The notes beneath the pieces are model-generated. The model worked only from the letters and a program-made list of their open reading frames with translations, ran no database searches and was not told where the DNA came from. The position numbers were made by a program, and so were the translations under genes. A DNA stretch of 60,741 nt. Source: an uncultured Eubacteriaceae bacterium. GTDB taxonomy: Bacteria; Bacillota; Clostridia; Lachnospirales; CAG-274. How positions within the stretch are numbered: position 1 is the stretch's first letter; each line of letters begins with the position of its first letter. Positions 7,330 to 15,390 of this stretch are shown here, one piece after another. The DNA lies in contig CAOJPS010000001.1 in NCBI GenBank assembly GCA_948441255.1, positions 1 to 60,741 of the forward strand. The letters run 5' to 3'.

Positions 7330-10137
7330 TTATTTTTTCTGTTTCAACACATTTTGTTTATGTAAATTTTGAAGATATGTCCAGAAATAATTTATATTTT
7401 TATATTTACCAATATCAATATTCTTAGAATTATCGTTAAACAATATTTTATTTACCGCTTCTAAGTAAAACATTATCAATTCTTTATGTTCTTTTTCTTT
7501 TTCAATTTCTTTATCTTTTTCAGTTTCTTTATCTTTTTTTGTTTTTTTAGTTTTTTTAATATTCTTGTCTTTTTCAGCTTCCTTAGCCTTTTTGGCTTCC
7601 TCCGCCTCCTTAGCTTTCTTAATTTTTTTGGATTCAATAATTATTTTTTGGGTTATATTTTTCCAGATTTCAAGACATATCCAAAAATGTTCTGTATTTT
7701 CAAATTTATCAAGTGAAATATTGTTATATTCAAATAACAAATTATTTACTTTATCTAAGTAGATTTTTTTATTGTTTTTAGATATTGCGCTTTTTTCATA
7801 TTCATAATTTATTTTTTCCCTTATATCGTTCCATATTTGTAAACATTTTCTAAAATACTCTGTATTTTTATATTTAATTAAATTATCCTCATCAGTAATT
7901 AGTACCTCGTTTGCTTTAGTTAAAAATTTTTTTATTTGTTTTTTAGAAATTATTTCATCATTATACTCATTATTTAATTCTCTTGAGATATTCTTTTTAA
8001 TTTTAGTTGATATATTTTGACACTTTTGAAGATATCTCCAGAAATAGTTTATATTTTTATATTTATATAGAGAATTTGTACTGGTGTTAAACAATAATTT
8101 ATCTATTCTGTCTAAATGATTTTTCTTCTCTTCATCAGACAATAAATTTTCTTCACATTCATTAATTATTTTTATTGATATATTATTCCAAATTTCCAAG
8201 CACTTTAGAAAATAATCTTTTTGTTCGTATATATCTAAAAAATATTCATTATTTTTAAATAATACTTCATCAGATTTTTCTAATAATTTAATTGCTGTAT
8301 TATCAGATATTTCATTATTTGAAAATTTATCCAATAATATATTTCTTGTTTTTACCCATATCTTTTGAGCTTGTATATATTTATCAAAAACAAAAAGATT
8401 ATCCTGATTTGATGGACTAATCCTTGCGATTCTTTTTTCTATTCGTTTTCGTATAGTTTCAGCAAAATTTCTAACTAAGTCATTTTTATTTTTTAATTCC
8501 CAGCCCACGTCTTTACATATTTTATTTTTAGAAAAAATATATTTGCAATATTTATCTTTTAATGTTTCAATCTTAAAAGGTTTATGGCAATTTTCACATA
8601 ACTTTATTAAATCTTTTTCTTCAAGTATATGCAGCAAAAACGCCCCTATAAGCTCTTCAACATATGAAAATACATAAGCGTTTAGCGTACTCATATTAAT
8701 AAAGTCCCCAACAAGGTTATAGATATTTTTATAGTCTTTTATATTTACAATCTCATTATTTTTAATTTTAGAACTAACCTTTGTAATTGTTCTTTTTATT
8801 TTTTGTTCTCTTTTAACTTTTTCAATTTCAAAGAAAAAGTTAATACGGCTATTATCATCTATATTTCTTAAATTGGATATAATATTAATTGTTTTATAAT
8901 CTTCTTTTTTTATTTCTTCTTCATAAAATATTCTTTCTTTTTCTGAATTATCAGAATTGTCCTGAGCAATTATTTCTAATACTTTTTTCAAAATACCTAT
9001 GCTTTTTTTCAAGGATAAAATAGGCGATAGGCTTTCATTTGATATATTATATTTATAATCCCTTATTATTTCTAATATATCAAAATCTTCAATTTCAAGA
9101 TTTTTTTGAACCCATTCCTCAATAACATTCGCATAGAACAATAATTTTGTATAATATAAATCAGATATATTATTGTTTTCATTAAATAAGTTTATTAGGT
9201 ATATATAAGCGATTTGTTTAAAAAACAAAATAATGTAATATGGATATGTTTTATACTTGATATAATAAGTCTTTTTATATCTAAGCAACAAATCCATATT
9301 AGGAACGCTTTTTTTAAAATCAAGAATTGCTTTAAAAATATCATCTTTTGATGTATTCTCTATTTTTAATAAGTTTGATATTATATTTTCGGAATATTCA
9401 AAGCTTTCGATATTATCTATAATTCGGCAAATATTAATTATATCATTTGTATTATAATATATTTTTTCATTTGAATTAAGTTCTTTTTTATTACACCATA
9501 CCTCAACGCCTGTATCTTCCAGTCTTACTATATAACTTTCATAGTTATAGTTTATAGATTCCACAAAATAGCTTTTTATTTTCTGAGTTTTTTTATAAAA
9601 TAAATTTTCTGTTTTTTTTAACTTTAGATATATTTTATCTAATGGAGTTAATACTGTTTTATTTAACAACTCAAAATCAGGTTTAAATATATCGTCTATA
9701 AGTTTTTTATGAAATATGTATTTATTTTTCTCGTTTGTGTTTAGGTTATTATAATACTTAAAAAATTGACTGTAAAAAACATTAGAATATAACTTATTTA
9801 TATTATTATTTTGAGACTCAAAGTCATACAAAAATCTTAAATTTAAAAATCTCAAATAATTTTTAAATTTAATTAAGATTGAATCTAAATTTTCTTTTGT
9901 AGGCTTTGGTATTTTTAGAAAATCAAAAAAACATTTTTCAGCGTTTCTTAAAGATAAATTACTTTCTTCTAATATTTTTATGATTTTACTTTTATTAGTT
10001 CTGGAAATAGGGTTATCTTCTATTATTTCTTTTCTCTCAAAATATTTCATTTTATTGTCAAACTCGTATTCACGATAATATATTGCCTCTTCGTCTACTT
10101 CATCTTTAATTTCCATAATTTTTATTTCCTTTCGCAT
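7330..10137 (-). CDS. Large orphan protein (935 aa) with a Cys cluster, five to six C-terminal ~65-aa repeats and a Lys/Glu-rich tract
   Basis: A long uninterrupted ORF in 22%-GC DNA. Repeats have the form ...LLF(N/E)...YKN(I/T)(N/E)YFW.CL(E/Q)IW.NI..KI... The Cys cluster is CENCHKPFK..YCKYIFSKNKICKD. I recognise no enzymatic motif. Confidence 0.7.
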   Translation of the reverse strand: MRKEIKIMEIKDEVDEEAIYYREYEFDNKMKYFERKEIIEDNPISRTNKSKIIKILEESNLSLRNAEKCFFDFLKIPKPTKENLDSILIKFKNYLRFLNLRFLYDFESQNNNINKLYSNVFYSQFFKYYNNLNTNEKNKYIFHKKLIDDIFKPDFELLNKTVLTPLDKIYLKLKKTENLFYKKTQKIKSYFVESINYNYESYIVRLEDTGVEVWCNKKELNSNEKIYYNTNDIINICRIIDNIESFEYSENIISNLLKIENTSKDDIFKAILDFKKSVPNMDLLLRYKKTYYIKYKTYPYYIILFFKQIAYIYLINLFNENNNISDLYYTKLLFYANVIEEWVQKNLEIEDFDILEIIRDYKYNISNESLSPILSLKKSIGILKKVLEIIAQDNSDNSEKERIFYEEEIKKEDYKTINIISNLRNIDDNSRINFFFEIEKVKREQKIKRTITKVSSKIKNNEIVNIKDYKNIYNLVGDFINMSTLNAYVFSYVEELIGAFLLHILEEKDLIKLCENCHKPFKIETLKDKYCKYIFSKNKICKDVGWELKNKNDLVRNFAETIRKRIEKRIARISPSNQDNLFVFDKYIQAQKIWVKTRNILLDKFSNNEISDNTAIKLLEKSDEVLFKNNEYFLDIYEQKDYFLKCLEIWNNISIKIINECEENLLSDEEKKNHLDRIDKLLFNTSTNSLYKYKNINYFWRYLQKCQNISTKIKKNISRELNNEYNDEIISKKQIKKFLTKANEVLITDEDNLIKYKNTEYFRKCLQIWNDIREKINYEYEKSAISKNNKKIYLDKVNNLLFEYNNISLDKFENTEHFWICLEIWKNITQKIIIESKKIKKAKEAEEAKKAKEAEKDKNIKKTKKTKKDKETEKDKEIEKEKEHKELIMFYLEAVNKILFNDNSKNIDIGKYKNINYFWTYLQNLHKQNVLKQKK

Positions 10138-10173
10138 TAAAACTCAACTTTTATTTTTTGTTTTTTAAATAAA

Positions 10174-10212
10174 ATGTCTCCATATTTTTATGGCTAAATA
10201 TACTGGAGACAT
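10174..10212. promoter_or_regulatory. Inverted repeat ATGTCTCCA-n21-TGGAGACAT in the divergent control region
   Basis: Read directly. It ends 17 nt upstream of the candidate -35 box. Confidence 0.4.
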
Positions 10213-10229
10213 CGCTTATAATAAATACG

Positions 10230-10258
10230 TTGACCCCTCTTGATTTTTATTTTATACT
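10230..10258 (+). promoter_or_regulatory. Near-consensus sigma-A type promoter (TTGACC-17 nt-TATACT) facing the 204-aa gene
   Basis: Hexamers and the 17-nt spacing were counted directly. Confidence 0.5.
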
Positions 10259-10438
10259 AACTATCGAAAGCAGGAATATTACTTATAAAATTCCTTGAAT
10301 TTCATTTTAAAGCTTTAAGATAAAGATTAATTATGTTAAAAATATCTCCATTTTATTATTAATTTTATCATAAATAATCTATAATATCAAGGTATACCTA
10401 AATACAAGTTTAAGTAAATTAACAAGGAGGAATTATTA

Positions 10439-11053
10439 ATGAATAAAAATGATAGGAAACTTATTAATAAATTATTAAAAGCATTGGATTTAAAAGAGGA
10501 ATATGTTGAGCATAAAGCTTTAAACACCGCTGTTCAGAATGATTTGGAAACAAACATCTCTGAGAAGTCTCACTCTAATGAAAGCTATGATAAAATTACC
10601 AAAAGCATAGATATAGCGAAACAACGCAAATTAGCTGATGATATACAAAATATTGATGATTTTCAGAAATTTAAAGATAATATAATTCAAAAATTTCAGT
10701 TGCTTTTGGAATTAAAAAAGAATATTAATTCAAAAATCAAGCCTTCTTTAAAGTCAACTAAAAACGAAGTCAAAACAATAAAAAGTAAAATAAAAATAAT
10801 AACAGCGGATATTAAAGATTTATTTTCAATTACCTCTGATTTAAAAGCTGATATTAAAGATTATGAAAAAACAGTAAAATCTAACGCAAAGGATATTAAA
10901 GAAATCAAGGAGACTTTACAAAAAATAGCTATTTTACAGGGAATAATCTCTTCCGGTGATGATTTTGAGGATATAAAGAAATCAGCAAAGAAAACGCTTC
11001 GTGCCTCAAAAATTAACAATGAAAATCAGTTTTTTAAAAATATACGTTTTTAA
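10439..11053 (+). CDS. Hypothetical coiled-coil protein (204 aa)
   Basis: AAGGAGG RBS. The sequence is Lys/Asp/Ile-rich with heptad-like segments (ADIKDLFSITSDLKADIKDYEKTVKSNAKDIKEIKETLQKI). Confidence 0.6.
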   Translation: MNKNDRKLINKLLKALDLKEEYVEHKALNTAVQNDLETNISEKSHSNESYDKITKSIDIAKQRKLADDIQNIDDFQKFKDNIIQKFQLLLELKKNINSKIKPSLKSTKNEVKTIKSKIKIITADIKDLFSITSDLKADIKDYEKTVKSNAKDIKEIKETLQKIAILQGIISSGDDFEDIKKSAKKTLRASKINNENQFFKNIRF

Positions 11054-11089
11054 ATAATTATGTTTAAAATTTGAAAGGAGCTGGATTTT

Positions 11090-12706
11090 ATGTCAGAAAA
11101 AAATTATTCTGTTAAAGAAAAATTTGCGGACAATGGCTGTATTAATTTTAAAATCAGTATTATTGAAAAAGAAATAATAAGAGATATTAAAGGAAATAAC
11201 ATAGCCGTAAAATTTTTAGTATGCGTAAAATATCCAGATGGGAAAGAGTGTAAAAAGTGGCTGGAGGATTTAACGAATATAGACTATTTTAAAGAGTTTG
11301 GAATAATTGATGTATTATTTACTTCTAAATTAAGAAAACAACTCTTAGAAACTCTTTTTGTTGAGGCAAATAAGGCGAAAACAATATATAAAATTAAAGT
11401 AAGTTCTGGTTATCAGGTTATTAATTATACACCATTATTTGTTTTTGGAAATAATTTTTACTGGAGTAAAGATATTAAAGAAGAGCTTCAAATAAACTCC
11501 CCTTATAATATTACATTGAGCAGTAAAGATGTTTTTAATGAAGATTTCCTGTCAACTTTAGAAAGCTATATGAATCTTTTACCGTGTGTAACAGAGCTTC
11601 TCTTTTATACAGCAGAGTTTGCCATAGTGAAACAATTTATCGAAAAATCTGGAATAAAATGTAGTTTTGCCACTGTTTTTATAGCCACTTCCGGACACTT
11701 AAAAACAACATTATCAGAGTTATTTTATCTTTGGCTTGATGATATCAAAGAGCAGACAATTAAGTTTTTTAATCCTCCAAAAAATAAAATTTTATTTGAT
11801 AAAATTGATTCTCTTTTGGGACTAAATCTTTTATTTGACGACCTTAGAATAATTGATAATACCTATGATAATAAAAAACAAGCACGAAATCTTGATAATG
11901 CTGTAAGGTATGCCGCAGAGGATGGAAAAGCTAATCTAATTATTACAGGAGAAACCATCGAATCTGTTGGAATATTTAGTTGTCTTGACAGAGTTTTTCA
12001 GATTTACATAAAGGAAATGAAAGCTTCTGAAATAAGGGAATTAAAAATTCGCCTGACAAACTTAAAGAAAAATTTTATGCCTTATGTTTCGGCAATGTTT
12101 GCGGAAGTATTAATAAAAAACCATAATGAGGTTATTCAATTTATTAAAGATTTTTATACTGCGAATAATAACAAAGTCTATATAGAACACGAATATGTCA
12201 CCAGAACAGAACGTTACGCAATGTTTATTAAACTGACACAAAAATTATTTGTTAAATATATTTTAAGAAACTACCCAGAAATAAATAATCTTAATGATAA
12301 TTTTGAAAAAGCGCTTAAATACCAAACCACACACCATATTAATATGCTTCAAAAGAAAAAAATTGCTGAAACAGAAACTAATTATATAATTCTATTTTAT
12401 TACGCTATATTTGAGAATAGTTCTATCAAAATACTTGAAGAACCGAGGGAATATTTAGCTAATGAGGGTACTTGCTGCGTTAATGATAAAGGTCAGCTAT
12501 TTATAACTCGTGAAACATTAGAGCAAGCGTTTCAAAAGTATTATGAAAAAAATATTTATATTAATATTAATAAATTAATCAAAAAGTTTAATCAAGAAGG
12601 TTTATTATTTTTAGATACAAGCAGCAGAGGCTATCAAAAAAATTATAAACAGAAAAAACATTATGTTATAAATTTAAAACTTTTATCAAGCAAACTTAAA
12701 GAATAA
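11090..12706 (+). CDS. Hypothetical protein (538 aa) with a degenerate P-loop-like segment
   Basis: AAAGGAG RBS. ATSGHLKTT (Walker-A-like, but lacking the GK glycine) is followed about 45 aa later by LNLLFDDL (Walker-B-like). It may be a DUF927/D5-like helicase relative; this is very tentative. Confidence 0.55.
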   Translation: MSEKNYSVKEKFADNGCINFKISIIEKEIIRDIKGNNIAVKFLVCVKYPDGKECKKWLEDLTNIDYFKEFGIIDVLFTSKLRKQLLETLFVEANKAKTIYKIKVSSGYQVINYTPLFVFGNNFYWSKDIKEELQINSPYNITLSSKDVFNEDFLSTLESYMNLLPCVTELLFYTAEFAIVKQFIEKSGIKCSFATVFIATSGHLKTTLSELFYLWLDDIKEQTIKFFNPPKNKILFDKIDSLLGLNLLFDDLRIIDNTYDNKKQARNLDNAVRYAAEDGKANLIITGETIESVGIFSCLDRVFQIYIKEMKASEIRELKIRLTNLKKNFMPYVSAMFAEVLIKNHNEVIQFIKDFYTANNNKVYIEHEYVTRTERYAMFIKLTQKLFVKYILRNYPEINNLNDNFEKALKYQTTHHINMLQKKKIAETETNYIILFYYAIFENSSIKILEEPREYLANEGTCCVNDKGQLFITRETLEQAFQKYYEKNIYININKLIKKFNQEGLLFLDTSSRGYQKNYKQKKHYVINLKLLSSKLKE

Positions 12707-12832
12707 AAAATTTTTTAAATCTGAGCGTTAAGCGTATAAACAGCTATTTTAATTATGCAATATATACATATTATAGTAATAATTTTATTATTATTATATA
12801 TGCCGATTTTAATAAAAGGAGGTTATGTACAT

Positions 12833-13003
12833 ATGTATACATCTATTCTACACAAGGCTGACGGCTGTATAGATATTGACTCTGAAATTATAAAATTTAG
12901 AGCGAAGCTTACAGCTAAGAGACTTGCCGATATGGGTATAAATCAAGAAAATATTAAATTGCTTTTAAATAAAGATAAGTATATAAACCAATTTACTAAA
13001 TAG
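12833..13003 (+). CDS. Small hypothetical protein (56 aa)
   Basis: ATG 10 nt after AAAGGAGG. The upstream part of the 82-aa ORF is hydrophobic junk without an RBS. Confidence 0.4.
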   Translation: MYTSILHKADGCIDIDSEIIKFRAKLTAKRLADMGINQENIKLLLNKDKYINQFTK

Positions 13004-13010
13004 AAAATTT

Positions 13011-13046
13011 TCCTTGCTATGGTTATATATTTTATCATAGCAAGGA
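13011..13046. promoter_or_regulatory. Perfect 11-bp-arm hairpin TCCTTGCTATG-n14-CATAGCAAGGA, 27 nt upstream of the recombinase start
   Basis: Read directly. No T-run follows it. Confidence 0.45.
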
Positions 13047-13072
13047 TAAAATATATAAGAGGGAGGAAAATT

Positions 13073-15352
13073 ATGATAAGTGAACCTAAAATCGCTATTT
13101 ACGCAAGAAAGTCAAAATTAACAGAAACAGGAAAATCTATCGATAATCAGATATCTAAGTGCAAAGCTTATGCTTTTTTGAAATTTGACGCAGGCGATAA
13201 TGATATAGAAATATATCACGATGATGGAAAATCAGGATTTTATGCTGACAGACCGGAATATTTAAAAATGCTTAAAGATATTGAAAAAGGTAAAATAAAA
13301 GCTGTTATATGCTATAAATTTGATAGAATTTCAAGGCGTACACTTGATTTGCTTAATTTAGTAGAAAGATTAAAGTCAAAGAAAATAACTTTTGTATCGT
13401 GTTCTGACGATATTGATACAAGCTCTAAAACAGGCAAAGTATTAATGAGTATGTTAGCGATTATAGCTGAGTTTGAACGAGATATTATAGCTGAAAGAAT
13501 ATCCGATAATCTTTATGAATTATCAAAAGAAGGGCGATGGCTTGGCGGTGTAACACCAACCGGATTTTATTCTAAAAAAGAATCAATTATGCTGCACGGA
13601 AGAAAATCAACTGTAAATCACCTTGAACCTATACCCGAAGAGCTTATTGCGGTAAAAAAAATTTATGAAATATTTTTACAAAAACATTCAATAAATGAAA
13701 CGGTAAGATACACTTTAAAAAATAATATCCTCACAAAAAACAATAAAAATCATACGGAAATAAGCATTAAAAATATACTTTCAAATCCTGTATATGCCAT
13801 AGCGGACGAAGATATTTACAATTACTACACTGAAAAGGGAATAGTGCTTTATGCTGAAAAAGAAAACTTTAACGGTATAAATGGCTTAATGGTATACAAT
13901 AAAACTCAGCAGATTAAAGAGCTTAAAGATGACAGTGTTACTTTAAATCCTAAATATATTCATAAAAACTCAGCAAAAAAACGTGAAGACTGGGTTATTT
14001 CCGTAGGAAAACACAAGGGTATTATACAAGGGCGTGACTGGATAGCCGTTCAGGAAACTTTAGCTGAAAATAAAAGCAAATACGCAAGACCAAATAAAAA
14101 AACAAACGCTCTTTTAGGCGGTCTTATCGTTTGTCCTGTATGCGGTAAAAATATGTATGCGCATAAAGAAAACAGGCGCTTTGAGCAAAATGGAGAACCA
14201 AGATTTGTTTATCGTTGTTCCTCAAGAAAGTATGATACAACGGCTTGTACATATAAACCGCTGAGAGGCAGTGTTATCGACAAATTTATTCTTGATACTT
14301 TATGTAAGATTGGAAGTAAAAATTCGGATGAATACTATAAAGCTCTTGAAGATGAAATCAAGCTAAACAGTTATAACGCTTTGCGAGATGAGGAATCAGA
14401 ACTTCAAAAAAAAATAAAGCGGCTTAAATCAGAATTACAGTCACAAATTGAAAATTTACGAATCGCCTCAGGAGCGTCAAAAGAATTTATAATGGCTGAT
14501 ATAAATAAATTGTCAAATGAAATAAAAGTTTATGAAAATCAGCTTAACCAAATACAAGAGAATAAAACAAGCGATACAACAACTCTTAAAGGTTTGGAAA
14601 AAGCGAGAGAATTAATAAATTCTTTTGAGAATCTGATTGATACTATGACTTATGAGGAAAAACTGGAGCTTGTACGGCTAGTTATAGCTAAAGTATATGT
14701 TATAAACAAAGATAATATTACTGATGAAAATGGTAAAAATGTCCCAAATGACGAAGTACATATTTTTCTGAAAGGTATACCAGAAGAAAATTATGAGGAA
14801 TTCTTCAAAAATATAAATCCTATAAAACGGGATTTACAGCAAAATAATGAGAATATTAAGGCTCAGCCCCATTCAAAAGGGGTTGAGCTTTTATTTTGCC
14901 GTAATTCTGATAATGCGCTTATGACATTAATTCACATTATATTACCCATTAAAGAACTTTCAGACAATCCTACGATTGGCGAAAAAATAAAATATTATCG
15001 TTTTATAAATAATCTTACACAGGAAGATTTAGCTAAATTATTAAATATAAGCCGTACTACAATAATAAAATATGAAAATAGTGAGCTTTCTGTCCCTCTA
15101 AATGTTCTAAATAAAGCGGCTGAACTATTTAATATTCCTTCTGATTTTCTTTATGATGATTACAGTTCTTTCTTAGCGTATCCTTGTTCCAAGAAAATAA
15201 AGGAAATACGCAAAAAAGAAAATCTAACACAACAGAAATTGGCTGATAGTCTTAATGTAAGTAAAAAAACAATAAAAACTTGGGAAAGCGGAAGAGGGTT
15301 AATATCCAGAGAGAATTTTCAAAAGTTAAAAAAATTATATCTTAATAATTAA
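13073..15352 (+). CDS. Large serine recombinase (SpoIVCA-like) fused to two C-terminal XRE-type HTH domains
   Basis: GGGAGG RBS. The resolvase domain includes IAIYARKSKLTETGKSIDNQ, ICYKFDRISRR and LAIIAEFERDII. A recombinase domain follows, then a zinc ribbon (CPVCGKNMYAH...YRCSSRKYDTTAC) and a coiled coil. After that come IGEKIKYYRFINNLTQEDLAKLLNISRTTIIKYENSE and IKEIRKKENLTQQKLADSLNVSKKTIKTWESG. Confidence 0.9.
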   Translation: MISEPKIAIYARKSKLTETGKSIDNQISKCKAYAFLKFDAGDNDIEIYHDDGKSGFYADRPEYLKMLKDIEKGKIKAVICYKFDRISRRTLDLLNLVERLKSKKITFVSCSDDIDTSSKTGKVLMSMLAIIAEFERDIIAERISDNLYELSKEGRWLGGVTPTGFYSKKESIMLHGRKSTVNHLEPIPEELIAVKKIYEIFLQKHSINETVRYTLKNNILTKNNKNHTEISIKNILSNPVYAIADEDIYNYYTEKGIVLYAEKENFNGINGLMVYNKTQQIKELKDDSVTLNPKYIHKNSAKKREDWVISVGKHKGIIQGRDWIAVQETLAENKSKYARPNKKTNALLGGLIVCPVCGKNMYAHKENRRFEQNGEPRFVYRCSSRKYDTTACTYKPLRGSVIDKFILDTLCKIGSKNSDEYYKALEDEIKLNSYNALRDEESELQKKIKRLKSELQSQIENLRIASGASKEFIMADINKLSNEIKVYENQLNQIQENKTSDTTTLKGLEKARELINSFENLIDTMTYEEKLELVRLVIAKVYVINKDNITDENGKNVPNDEVHIFLKGIPEENYEEFFKNINPIKRDLQQNNENIKAQPHSKGVELLFCRNSDNALMTLIHIILPIKELSDNPTIGEKIKYYRFINNLTQEDLAKLLNISRTTIIKYENSELSVPLNVLNKAAELFNIPSDFLYDDYSSFLAYPCSKKIKEIRKKENLTQQKLADSLNVSKKTIKTWESGRGLISRENFQKLKKLYLNN

Positions 15353-15390
15353 AAGAGATACCTTATTTGCTACATTTGCTTAACTGAGCC

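Noticed and set aside
7486-7762. Plus-strand ORFs (76 and 65 aa) and an apparent AAAGAA/CTT tandem repeat.
   Set aside because: They are antisense to the Lys/Glu-rich tract of the 935-aa gene and encode Phe/Leu-rich low-complexity translations. The periodicity is codon-level low complexity, not a discrete DNA repeat.
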